Of a DNA stretch of 64,000 nt, positions 50,061-59,107 are shown one piece after another. This DNA is from Streptosporangiaceae bacterium. Lineage in GTDB: Bacteria; Actinomycetota; Actinomycetes; Streptosporangiales; Streptosporangiaceae. The translations under genes and the position numbers were made by a program. The first letter of the stretch is position 1; every line of letters begins with the position of its first letter. The stretch lies in assembly GCA_965277615.1 (NCBI GenBank), contig CBDIDG010000006.1, positions 1,578,332-1,642,331 of the forward strand, given 5' to 3'. Under the pieces are notes generated by a model, which saw nothing but the letters and a program-made list of their open reading frames with translations, made no database searches and was not told the DNA's origin.

Positions 50061-50105
50061 ACTGGGGGTCAAGGGGTCGCGGCTTCTAATCCCGCCGTCC
50101 CGACT
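50061..50105. repeat. att copy 3 (tRNA-Pro 3' segment, 2 mismatches)
   Basis: actgggggtcaaggggtcgcggcttctaatcccgccgtcccgact. Confidence 0.8.
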
Positions 50106-50168
50106 GGTCAGAAGGTTGAAAGGTCTCTCTAAACGGTCTTCGGGAGCCCAGGGTTTCTCGGATCAGGC

Positions 50169-50590
50169 TTACGTCGGCTTGCCGGCGTTCGCCTTCAGGA
50201 TGCGGTTCATCGCCGTGGCGCCCTTGGTGAGGCGGGCCGGATCTCGTGCCGGTCCACCGTCTCGGTGACCGACGTGCCGCTGTGCCCATCAGATCGCTGA
50301 TGTCCTCCAGGCGGACATCGTGCGCGCTGAGGACGGACACGAACGAATGCCGTAGCTCGCGAGGCGTCTAGCTCCCGCCGAGCCTCGCGGCCTTGGTGAT
50401 CTTCTTGAACTCCTTCCGCACGTGTCAGCGGCCCAGCGGTGTGCCGTCCTCACGGCAGAACACGAGATCGTGCTCTTGCCAGGTCTCCTGCGTTGCTGCG
50501 CGCTGCTCTCAATCCGGAGCGGAGGAGCGGAGGCGGGAAGGCGCCGTCGTTGCGTGGTTGCGGCTGAGCTCGAACACGGTCCTGTCACCC
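50169..50590 (-). pseudogene. tyrosine integrase remnant with several frameshifts/stops
   Basis: My translation gives QEHDLVFCREDGTPLG, TPRELRHSFVSVLSAHDVRLEDISDLMG and TSVTETV..HEIRP in different frames. Its 5' side runs into the GH65 3' end. Confidence 0.7.
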
Positions 50591-53043
50591 ACGCTCAGGT
50601 TGCGAACGTCGTCGCGGACCGCCGCCCTCACCGAGCGGCTCCCGCCCTCGGCGTGCAGGGCCAGCGTCAGCTGGTCGCGGGTCAGCGTCACCTGGATCGG
50701 GGTCTGCCGGAACTGCATCGAGAACGACAGGCCGCCGAGTTGGCCCGGGAGCCGGGGGTCGAAGCACAGGACGCCATCGCTGATATAGGTGCCCGCGTAG
50801 CTGCGCTGCACAAGGTCGAGCGTCCCCGCCATGACACCCATATGGATGCCTTCCTTCGTCGTACCGCCCTGAACGTCCTCGGCATCGCTGCGCAGCGCGA
50901 CCAGGAACCGTTCCCATGAGCTCTCCGGGTCGATGGCGGCGAGGACCCCGGCATGGGTGACGAAACTCAGCGTGGAGCCGTGCGAGGTGCGCCGGTCGTA
51001 GTATGCGACGTTCCGCGGCACCGTGTCGAGGCCGTAGCCGTACCCGAGGCGCCCGAAAATCTCGCGTAGCTCCTCGTCCCGGAACAGGAAGAACAGCATC
51101 ACCGTGTCGGCCTGTTTGGTGACTTTGTAACGGTTGGGATCCTTGCCCTCCGCGTGCAGGATCCGGTCGAGCCGCTGGATGTTGCCGTACTTGGCCCGGT
51201 ACGCATCCCAGTCCAGCTCTTCGAGGTCCCCATAGCCCTCAAACTGGCTGATGATCCCGTCGTCGTGGAACGGGACAAACATCCGGCGGCTCATGTCCCG
51301 CCACACCGTCAGCTCGTCATCGCCGATGCCGAGCCGCTCGCGCAACTCTTCCGCTCGGCTCGAGGGCAGCAACGCCAGCAGCTTGCCAGCGACATCGCAC
51401 AGCCACGCCACAAAAACGTTGGTGTACGCGTTGTTCCGCAGGCCGCCGTCGGCCGCATCCGGGTACTTGTCGTGGAACTCGTCTGGGCCCATTACGCCGT
51501 GGATCTCGTAACGCTCGCGCTCGGGATTGAAATGCGCGATGGACGCCCAGAAACGGGCGATCTCGAGCATCATTTCCGCGCCGTAGTCACGCAGGAATGC
51601 CTGGTCATTCGTGGTCTGGTAGTACTGCCAGATGTTCCAGAAGATCGCCGCGTTGACGTGTCGCTGGTTGTGGCTGAGGTCCGGCTCCCAGAGGCCAGAA
51701 ACGGGGTTGAGGTGGACCCGCTGTGTCTCCTCAGTTCCCTCGCTGCCGCTCTGCCACGGGAACATCGCGCCCCGGAATCCTGCCCCCCGCGCCGCCTCCC
51801 GGGCCTCGCCCATCCGGCGGTAGCGATACATCAGCAGCCCTCGCGTGACCTCCGGCAGGCGGACGTTGAAGAACGGGAACGCGTAGAGTTCATCCCAGAA
51901 CACGTGCCCGCGATAGGCCTCGCCGTTCAGGCCGCGGGCGGGCAGGCCGGCGTCCAGGTCGGCGGTATTCCGGGAGCAGACCTGCAGGACATGCGCGATA
52001 TGCAGCCGCAGCAGCAGCTGGACGCCCTCCTCCCCGGACACTCGCACGTCACACACCCGCCACAGCTCCTCCCACGCCGCGGCGTGCCGCTCGAACGAGG
52101 CGGCGAAATCAGTGTGCCGCGCCACGGACGTGGCCGCCTTAACCAGCGTGTCGCTGACCGCCGGGTCCCGGGATGTGTAGAACGTCACCATCTTCTCGAT
52201 CTGCGTCGCCTCGCCCTGGCTTACGTCGAAGGCCAGGACCTGCTGGATGTAGTCCTCCATCTGGTAGAGCCGCCGCTCGACCTGGATTGGCCGATCGCCG
52301 CGGAACACGCGGGCGCGGGCTGCATGGCTGACGTACAGGTTCGACTGCCGGGTCTCGGTCTTCAGCGCGATAACCTCGGGCCCGAGCGTCCGCGGGCCCA
52401 CAGGGTTTAGGTGGCGGCCCTCCAGCTGCCGGTAGCGGGCGACCCCGGCGTTGCTCACCCGGCCGTCGATCGCCGTGACCACCTCGACGCGCCCCGACCA
52501 GTTCCCCGGGATGAGCGTCCACTCGATCCCTCCGTGATGGGCGCCGGCCATACTAACGAAGCGGCGGCTGTGCAGCGTCGTCTCACGGCCCTCATGATCA
52601 CGGAACGAGAGGTGGCGGATCACAGTCGCGAACCGCATGTCAAGTTCATGGCGGTAACTGAGCAGCTCCACGTCGGCGAGCCGGATCACGTCCCCGCCCT
52701 CGATACGCAACTGGAGGACCAGCCAGTTCGGCAGGTTGACGAGGTCCTCGTTGAGTACGGGCAGCCCGCCTAGGATCGTCGTCTCGCGGTTGTAGCCGCC
52801 ATGCACGTAGGTGCCGGGATAGTGCACGCCGTCGGCGTCCTCCCACTCGGCCGCGCCGCGTGCGCACAGGTAACCGTTGCCCGTCGAGGTCAGCGCCTCG
52901 CGAACACCCTCAGCCCCGGGATCAAAGCCGTCATATGCGAACAAGAAACCGTCCACGACACCTCCTGCCGGCCTAGCCGCCTTCGCGGTCACCGACGGCG
53001 GGCCGGCCGCGTCGAGGGTGTACCCATTCCACTGGTTCTGCAT
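50509..53043 (-). CDS. glycoside hydrolase family 65 (disaccharide phosphorylase-like)
   Basis: 844 aa. REALTSTGNGYLCARGAAEWE, YRGHVFWDELYAFPFF, FPWQSGSEGTEETQ. Confidence 0.85.
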   Translation of the reverse strand: MQNQWNGYTLDAAGPPSVTAKAARPAGGVVDGFLFAYDGFDPGAEGVREALTSTGNGYLCARGAAEWEDADGVHYPGTYVHGGYNRETTILGGLPVLNEDLVNLPNWLVLQLRIEGGDVIRLADVELLSYRHELDMRFATVIRHLSFRDHEGRETTLHSRRFVSMAGAHHGGIEWTLIPGNWSGRVEVVTAIDGRVSNAGVARYRQLEGRHLNPVGPRTLGPEVIALKTETRQSNLYVSHAARARVFRGDRPIQVERRLYQMEDYIQQVLAFDVSQGEATQIEKMVTFYTSRDPAVSDTLVKAATSVARHTDFAASFERHAAAWEELWRVCDVRVSGEEGVQLLLRLHIAHVLQVCSRNTADLDAGLPARGLNGEAYRGHVFWDELYAFPFFNVRLPEVTRGLLMYRYRRMGEAREAARGAGFRGAMFPWQSGSEGTEETQRVHLNPVSGLWEPDLSHNQRHVNAAIFWNIWQYYQTTNDQAFLRDYGAEMMLEIARFWASIAHFNPERERYEIHGVMGPDEFHDKYPDAADGGLRNNAYTNVFVAWLCDVAGKLLALLPSSRAEELRERLGIGDDELTVWRDMSRRMFVPFHDDGIISQFEGYGDLEELDWDAYRAKYGNIQRLDRILHAEGKDPNRYKVTKQADTVMLFFLFRDEELREIFGRLGYGYGLDTVPRNVAYYDRRTSHGSTLSFVTHAGVLAAIDPESSWERFLVALRSDAEDVQGGTTKEGIHMGVMAGTLDLVQRSYAGTYISDGVLCFDPRLPGQLGGLSFSMQFRQTPIQVTLTRDQLTLALHAEGGSRSVRAAVRDDVRNLSVGDRTVFELSRNHATTAPSRLRSSAPD

Positions 53044-53136
53044 GTGCCCGACGGAGGCGCCAATGGATACGGTCCCCAGTGCGGCAGCGAAGCCGTCCTC
53101 GACGATCAGCCAACCGGAATCCGTACCGCCGGGAGT

Positions 53137-54150
53137 TCAGGAAAGTTCCTCCTGCGGTCGAGGGCCGTACGCCGCATGGATCTGCCGCTCGGTTTCCTCT
53201 CGTGGCAGGTAGACGTTCAGTTCCGTGCCGGTGCAGCGCTGAGCGCCCATCGCGTTCCCGTACTGACAGGCCACGATGTAATCCCGGTACGCGAGGTAGC
53301 CGTAGGCCAGCCCCGCGGCGAACGAGTCGCCGGCACCGGTCGTGTCCACGACATGCTCCACCTCGATGCGATCCACGAACTCCTCGGCGATCCCGCCGGA
53401 GTCGCTCCTGTAGAAGACCACGCAGCCGCGCTCATCAAGGGTCACGCATACCGCCCCGACACCGCGGTCCAGGCAGTGACGTGCCAGGTCGCGCAGTTCT
53501 TCATCGCCCAGCCGGGGCGGATCAGCCGTCACCTCCACCGATTGGGCGAGCCACGCCGAGCTCGCTTCGTCAAGGTTCATCTTCAGGATGTCGGTGTACG
53601 GAAGCCATACGTCCCGGTCGGCCCACACCCGCGGATGGCGCTTGCCGCTGCGGGTCAGCGTGATCGCCGGGCCGTGGGCGTCCAGCACCACGGTTGCCCG
53701 GCTGTGCTCCTTGATGTGCCGCAGCGTCGGCTGCCCCACCTCGTAGTCCGTGATCGGGACACAGACGAACATGTCGGCGTCGAGCACCTGGTCGACGTCG
53801 GCCGGCAGGATCGGGTTCATGAAGCTCGCCTGCCGCTCGACGCGACGATTCTGGTCAACATAGCGCAGCTCGACGACGTCCCCCTGGTCGGCCGACGACG
53901 TTATACCGGAGGTGTCAATATTCGGGAAGGCTCCCAGGATCTGCTTGACCGGACCCTCGTCTCGCCGGCGGACGTGTGATATCGGGACGATCGTGTCGCC
54001 AACATCCAGCAGAGCCGAGAGGGCAACCGCCGTATATATGACGCAGCCGTACTTCTCGAACCGCTCACCGGTATGGGTCACCACTTGGTCGCGAGGGATC
54101 GGCCCCAGCACCGCAACCTTACGACTCCCCCGGCTTTTCATGTCATTCAT
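53137..54150 (-). CDS. PfkB-family carbohydrate kinase
   Basis: C-terminal DTTGAGDSFAAGLAYGYL. 93 nt upstream of the GH65 gene. Confidence 0.8.
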   Translation of the reverse strand: MNDMKSRGSRKVAVLGPIPRDQVVTHTGERFEKYGCVIYTAVALSALLDVGDTIVPISHVRRRDEGPVKQILGAFPNIDTSGITSSADQGDVVELRYVDQNRRVERQASFMNPILPADVDQVLDADMFVCVPITDYEVGQPTLRHIKEHSRATVVLDAHGPAITLTRSGKRHPRVWADRDVWLPYTDILKMNLDEASSAWLAQSVEVTADPPRLGDEELRDLARHCLDRGVGAVCVTLDERGCVVFYRSDSGGIAEEFVDRIEVEHVVDTTGAGDSFAAGLAYGYLAYRDYIVACQYGNAMGAQRCTGTELNVYLPREETERQIHAAYGPRPQEELS

Positions 54151-54331
54151 TCACGGACACCTCCGGCGACATGCGCTCATATGGTCCTCCAGCTAGTCAA
54201 CAACACGCCGTCTGACAATTGCAGCCCAGGCCAGTGGCGTTGGCCAACACTTGAGAGTTGTGCGCCCAGGTCCGGCCCGGCGACCCTGGGCGCTTGGCCA
54301 AGAGCCCAGTTCACCCTGGCGGCGCCATGCA

Positions 54332-54393
54332 GGGCGGCCTGAACTTCCCTGACACGGAACAGGTCACGAGTTCAGGTCTTGCACCGCCCACCA
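54332..54393 (+). other. tRNA-Val(GAC)-like element lacking a D arm (probable att/tRNA remnant)
   Basis: GGGCGGC-ctgaa-CTTCC-CTGACAC-GGAAC-aggtc-ACGAG-TTCAGGT-CTTGC-ACCGCCC-ACCA. Acceptor pairs 6/7, anticodon stem 4/5, T stem 4/5 (one of them G-U). Confidence 0.5.
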
Positions 54394-54394
54394 A

Positions 54395-54790
54395 TTAGGC
54401 GGGTTCGGCCAGGAAAAGGTGCCCAGCGCCGAGGCTCCACGCAGCCCGCCGTGGTACGGCCTGGTTCCGATGCGCTGCTGTACCCCACCGGATCGCTGAT
54501 GTCTTCAAGCCGGACACGCGGCTGAGAATGGACACGAACGAGTGCCGCAGCTCACGAGGCGTCCAGGTCCTGCCGAGTCTGCGGCCTTGGTGATCTTGTG
54601 GAACTCCTTCCATACGTGCCACGATCGAGTGGCGTCCCGTCCTCGCGGCAGAACACGAGATCATGCTCCTCCCACAACTCCCCCGCCGCGAGCCGTTCCG
54701 CAGCCTGGCGAGTGTGATGCGCTCGGAGCGCCTCGATCACCTGAGTGGGCAACTCCAGGACGGGCCGACCTCTTGAACTTGGTGTCACCC
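54395..54790 (-). pseudogene. tyrosine integrase remnant (homolog of the 50169..50590 remnant)
   Basis: ALRAHHTRQAAERLAAGELWEEHDLVFCREDGTPLDR and WTPRELRHSFVSILS are in different frames. Ends 1 nt after the tRNA-Val-like element. Confidence 0.7.
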
Positions 54791-55210
54791 CTGACCCGCA
54801 CGGACCGGTACACGGCCACGGTGCCCTACGGCGAGTGGCTGCGCCGCGAGCGGCGCAGGCGTGACGCCCGCGATCAGCTCGGCTGGGCGTACGAAATTTT
54901 CGACTCGGTCGGCGCCGCGGCGTTTGCCGAACGGTCGCGCATCGAGCTGCGGGCAACCGGCGGGCACGCCCGGCCGCGCACCGTCCAGACGCCGGATACC
55001 CTGACCGCGCAAGAAGCGCTGATCGCCCGCCTGGCCGGCGACGGCGCCTCCAACCCGCAGATCGCCGCGCAGCTGTTCATCAGCCCCGCCACCGTCGCCT
55101 ACCACCTGCGGAAAGTTTTCACCAAGCTCGGCATCAGCTCACGCAACCAGCTTGCTCCCGCGCTTCCCGCCCGACAAGTCGCAGCACCGCTGGTCCCGCC
55201 GCAGGACTGA
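54790..55210 (+). pseudogene. C-terminal fragment of a large LuxR-family (LAL-type) regulator
   Basis: YGEWLRRERRRRDARDQL...FAERSRIELRATG...LTAQEALIARLAGDGASNPQIAAQLFISPATVAYHLRKVFTKLGISSR. There is no N-terminal ATPase part. Confidence 0.7.
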
Positions 55211-55770
55211 TCCCAGGCAGATCTGCGCACCGCGGCGGCCGTCCCGGCGTGGCCGGCTATCAACACGCTATCCACCACCGGGCCACGGCTATCAATCCCG
55301 GCGGATGCGCACCGGACCTAGCGTCGATGTCATGCCTCAACCGTCTGTGCGGCATGGCGGGCGTGACGCTCGCGTAGGCATTCCACAAATTGCTCTACAC
55401 CGGAGAAAAGCATGTGTCAGCATCAGCCGCGGTGCCCGGAATGGCCCGCACCTGACCACCTCGCAGCACGGATAGTAGCCGATCATCCCAGGCAGGGCTG
55501 GTGCATAGTCACTTTGCGAGCCGTCTGCATAGCCACTGTCTATCTGCACATTGGCCAAGACACTTGTTTTCCGCGATGTCCGCGCGCCTACCCTTTGGTG
55601 AACTTCTCTAGGCGCCGCAAGACTTTCAGTAGTCAAAGTGATCCTGCTCATATCTAGCTGACCGTCAACATCAATTCACGGCGTTTCACCCGTATTTGTG
55701 TCGAGAGTGATTTAAGCGGAGCTGGCGTAGATCATCGCGCCAGACGGGAGATGAACGAGATGGCAAGTCC

Positions 55771-56388
55771 ATGATCAGCAAAGTGTCAGGCCGCACCAAG
55801 CTGGCCGCGGGTGCAGGCGTCGCGCTGGGCGAGCAGTCCGATGAGGTGCTGCTCGCCGGCCTGGGCGCGGGCGATTCCGACCTCGCGGTCACATTCGTGC
55901 GACGGTTCCAGCGGATCGTTTTCGGCACTGCGCAGGCCGTTACCGGCGACCCGGCCACCGCCGAGGACGTCGCACAGCGTGCCTTCGAGCAGGCGTGGCG
56001 GCACGCGTCGGTGTATGACTCACGACGCGGCTCCGTCCGGGCGTGGCTCGCCACGATCACGCGCAACCTGGCGATCGACACCGTCCGCGCGCGAACGGCG
56101 GTGCCGATGGACCCGGACGACCTGCCGATCGTCCTTGCCGCTATGACCGAGAACCCGGAGCAGGCAACGGTCGCCCACGACAGCGCGGAACGGCTGCGCA
56201 AGGCCCTCGCCGGACTGCCCGCCCGGCAGGCACGGGCGGTGGCGATGTCCGGGATCTACGGCCTGACCGGGCGGCAAGTCGCCGATACCGAGAGGATTCC
56301 CCTCGGTACGGCAAAGACGCGGATTCGGGACGGTATGCAGAAACTGCGGGCCGCCTACCTTCCCGAGATAGCAGCGGGCCATGAATGA
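55771..56388 (+). CDS. ECF sigma factor
   Basis: VTFVRRFQRIVFGTAQAVTGDPATAEDVAQRAFEQAW (region 2) and LPARQARAVAMSGIYGLTGRQVADTERIPLGTAKTRI (region 4). Confidence 0.85.
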   Translation: MISKVSGRTKLAAGAGVALGEQSDEVLLAGLGAGDSDLAVTFVRRFQRIVFGTAQAVTGDPATAEDVAQRAFEQAWRHASVYDSRRGSVRAWLATITRNLAIDTVRARTAVPMDPDDLPIVLAAMTENPEQATVAHDSAERLRKALAGLPARQARAVAMSGIYGLTGRQVADTERIPLGTAKTRIRDGMQKLRAAYLPEIAAGHE

Positions 56389-56458
56389 GCACAACGACGT
56401 GACCTGCGCAGACCCGCATGACGTGGCCGCCGAGCTGGCGCTCGGCGTTGCTCACTGA
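56381..56458 (+). pseudogene. possible anti-sigma factor N-terminal stub (25 codons)
   Basis: ATGAATGA overlap with the sigma stop. MNEHNDVTCADPHDVAAELALGVAH* resembles the start of RskA/zf-HC2 anti-sigma factors. Confidence 0.3.
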
Positions 56459-56559
56459 TAGCAGGTCGCGGGCGCGACGTGGCCGTCATCTCCAGGGACA
56501 TCGAGTCGTTGTTGATCTTGGTTGGCATGGGGGCCCCTTTCCCGCCCGCAGAAACCACG

Positions 56560-56594
56560 GGGAGCCAGGAACGTGAGCCAACGCAGATCGGCTC
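56560..56594. repeat. 35-bp direct repeat, left copy
   Basis: gggagccaggaacgtgagccaacgcagatcggctc, 32/35 identical to 60321..60355 in the same orientation. Confidence 0.9.
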
Positions 56595-56611
56595 ATCGGC
56601 CGTATCGCTGG

Positions 56612-57175
56612 CTAGAACTGTGCCTTGAGTTCGTCGGTCTCCTGCGCCAGGTCCTGAAGCTGGGCGTATGCCGGGTTCTCGCGGATGCGGCCAACCGCCC
56701 ACCGCAGGACTTCCGCGCGACTGGTCGCGACGCCCGCCATGATCAGCGCGTCAACAGTCGCCAGGTCAGTAGGCCCCAGCAGGGTCGCCACCCGAGTAAA
56801 GTCCGGCATGGCCTCCAGCACGTTGAGCCGGTTCCCCAGGAAGCTTCTCACGTGCCCCCAGTCCGGCCTCGAAGGCATGGCCTGCCGTTCGGGCGTATCG
56901 GGAAAGAACTCGATCCACGCGATGGCCGGCAGCAGCCCGTCATGCAGCCTGTCGAGCCCCTCGCTGTTGGCCTTGAACCAGCCGTCCAGCGTCTCCTTGC
57001 TGTCCCAGTTCTCCTCCAGTCTGCCTGCCCGGTCGATGAAAACCCGGACCGCAGTCTCCCCAGGCTCGACAGCCGGATCGTCACCGTACCCAAGCACATC
57101 CACCCGGGCGAACGTGCCCTCGGGGAAAGCTGACAGCAATTTGTTCTTCACCGCGTTAGCTATCGCCTCGTCCAC
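56612..57175 (-). CDS. hypothetical protein with C-terminal ribbon-helix-helix-like domain
   Basis: GTG at 57175 preceded by AGGAGGA (ORF extends to 57247). The C-terminus is LGPTDLATVDALIMAGVATSRAEVLRWAVGRI. The N-terminal ~110 aa are unassigned. Confidence 0.6.
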   Translation of the reverse strand: MDEAIANAVKNKLLSAFPEGTFARVDVLGYGDDPAVEPGETAVRVFIDRAGRLEENWDSKETLDGWFKANSEGLDRLHDGLLPAIAWIEFFPDTPERQAMPSRPDWGHVRSFLGNRLNVLEAMPDFTRVATLLGPTDLATVDALIMAGVATSRAEVLRWAVGRIRENPAYAQLQDLAQETDELKAQF

Positions 57176-57394
57176 GGGATCCTCCTGAAGGTGACCGTCC
57201 GCTACAGGTTGCACGGGCGTCAGCAACCTAGCAGCAGGAGCAGACAAGGCGATTCCGCGTGACGCTTATGGCTGGAATGGCTTGCCTCAGGCGCCCCCCA
57301 GGCTCACGGGCGGATCGAAAGTGGGCGCACCTGCCGCAGAACGACGGTGCGAGGAATAGGGCTGCACCCGAACTGAAATCGGGCTACGCCGTCC

Positions 57395-57431
57395 GCTCCA
57401 CAACCTCGGCACCTATCGGGTGAAGGCCCCA
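57395..57431. repeat. 37-bp exact repeat, copy B
   Basis: Identical to 49507..49543. Confidence 0.9.
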
Positions 57432-57510
57432 CACTCACAGGCACCTCGTGCCGTCAGCCCGGGAGTGCGGCCGCCGACGTAATCCGGCCGAGCCGTGGCC
57501 AACGGCGAGC

Positions 57511-59085
57511 TCAGCGCACCGCCCGCCGCCGCAGGGCACCGACGGCGTTCCAGCGCAGCGCCCCGGCCAGGTCGCGGGCGTGCTCAGTCATCGAGTAGTC
57601 GGGTTGGCTGTCTACGTCGCGCAGGGCCCGGTCCAGGTCCAGCCCGTGCTGTTCAAGGACGATCGAGAAGTCTCGCCGCATCGGGCCGAGCTGATCATAG
57701 CCAAACGAGCGGTAGATACGCGGAAACTGGGACCGGTAAAGCCGGACCCGTTCATGCAGGCCCGATGAGTGCGAGAGCGGGTTCTTCGGCCGCTTCCGGA
57801 CATACTCCGGCAGGATGTCGGCGAAAGCGTGCCGCAGGATCCACTTGTCCTGCCCGTCGTGCTGCTTCAGCTCAATCGGCAGCCGCATGGCCAGCCGGAC
57901 CAGCGCGAGATCGAGGAAAGGCACCCGGGTTTCCACCCCCTGGCCCATGCTGGTGCGATCCACCCGCTGCAGCTCGGTCCGCCCCAGGTTGTGCAGCTTG
58001 TGCTGGAACAGCCGCTGCCGCAGAACCGGATCGGGCTGCCGGTACATCTCATAGCCGCCGAACAGCTCGTCCGAACCATCGCCGCACAGCACGACCTTGA
58101 CGCCGCGGCGGTGCACGTGGTCGAACAGCCGCCGGGAGATGACCGCGTTGATGATGTCGCCGTACTCGGTCAGCTCGGACATCCGGATGGCCTCCCGGAC
58201 GTCGGTATACCGGATGCTGCCCGGGGCCAGTTCAATGACCTCGTGCTCGACGCCGAGGTCGCGGGTCACCCGGCGGGCGTACGCCACGTCGTCGCTGTCG
58301 GGTGCGCCGATCGTGAACGCCACACAATCCGGGTGCTGGTCCCGCACGTGCAGCAGGGTCAGCGTGCTGTCCAGGCCACCGGAGAAGATGACGCCCACGG
58401 TCAGGTCAGTGTCCAGCCGGACCCGGATGCTGTCCTCCACCGCGGCCCGGACCAGCCGGGTCGCCTCGACCGGATCGGTGATGGGCTCATCGCCGTCGCC
58501 GATGGTCAGCAGGTCAACGTACGCGCTGACGGCGGGATCGGTGTCCGGGGCGCCCCAGCCGTGATGGCCGGGCGGGACTTCGCTGATCGGGCCGCCCGCC
58601 GGGACCAGCGCCTTGAGCTCGGATGCGACGTACAGATGACCGTGCTGCCGGGACCAGTAGAGCGGTTTGACCCCTAGCGGATCACGGGCCAGATAAACCC
58701 GGTCCCCGGCCCGGTCGGCCACCGCGAACGCGAACTCGCCGCGCAACTGGTGCACCGCCTGGTCGCCCCATTCGAGGAACGCTTCCAGAACCACCTCGGT
58801 GTCGCTATCGCTGCGCAGCTCGTGGCCGCGGGCGGCCAGGTCGGCCCGCACCTCCCGGAAGTTGTAGATCTCGCCGTTGTAGCAAACCGCCCACCGGCCG
58901 TCCGTTGAGTGCCACGGCTGGACCGCCCGTTCCCGGTCGACGATCTTCAGCCGCTGGGTGCCGAGCAGGTGCCGGTCATCGCTGAGCGTCTCGCGGACGT
59001 CACCGCGCGGTGCGATCGCGTTCAGCATCTGGTCGAACAAACCCGCATCCGGAACCGGCCCCACGATCAGCGCGATACCGCACAT
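57511..59085 (-). CDS. asparagine synthase (glutamine-hydrolysing)-family amidotransferase
   Basis: MCGIALIV (Ntn Cys), RGPD-like IAPRGD, YNGEIYNF, PP-loop VIFSGGLDSTL. GAGAGGA RBS. The ATG is 22 nt after the upstream stop. Confidence 0.85.
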   Translation of the reverse strand: MCGIALIVGPVPDAGLFDQMLNAIAPRGDVRETLSDDRHLLGTQRLKIVDRERAVQPWHSTDGRWAVCYNGEIYNFREVRADLAARGHELRSDSDTEVVLEAFLEWGDQAVHQLRGEFAFAVADRAGDRVYLARDPLGVKPLYWSRQHGHLYVASELKALVPAGGPISEVPPGHHGWGAPDTDPAVSAYVDLLTIGDGDEPITDPVEATRLVRAAVEDSIRVRLDTDLTVGVIFSGGLDSTLTLLHVRDQHPDCVAFTIGAPDSDDVAYARRVTRDLGVEHEVIELAPGSIRYTDVREAIRMSELTEYGDIINAVISRRLFDHVHRRGVKVVLCGDGSDELFGGYEMYRQPDPVLRQRLFQHKLHNLGRTELQRVDRTSMGQGVETRVPFLDLALVRLAMRLPIELKQHDGQDKWILRHAFADILPEYVRKRPKNPLSHSSGLHERVRLYRSQFPRIYRSFGYDQLGPMRRDFSIVLEQHGLDLDRALRDVDSQPDYSMTEHARDLAGALRWNAVGALRRRAVR

Positions 59086-59107
59086 ACCAATTCCTCTCCC
59101 GGCCGCG

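Noticed and set aside
56355-56528. Small minus-strand ORF MPTKINNDSMSLEMTATSRP... with a GGGAAAGGGG RBS, as a possible precursor peptide downstream of the cassette
   Set aside because: It lies outside the left direct repeat and is fully antisense to the ECF sigma 3' end and the anti-sigma stub. Its tail is Arg-rich nonsense. Kept only as a remote possibility.
57511-59085. The AsnB homolog as a lasso-peptide cyclase or RiPP enzyme
   Set aside because: It keeps the N-terminal Cys glutaminase nucleophile (MCGI). No PqqD-like RRE, transglutaminase-like leader peptidase or plausible precursor gene lies beside it.
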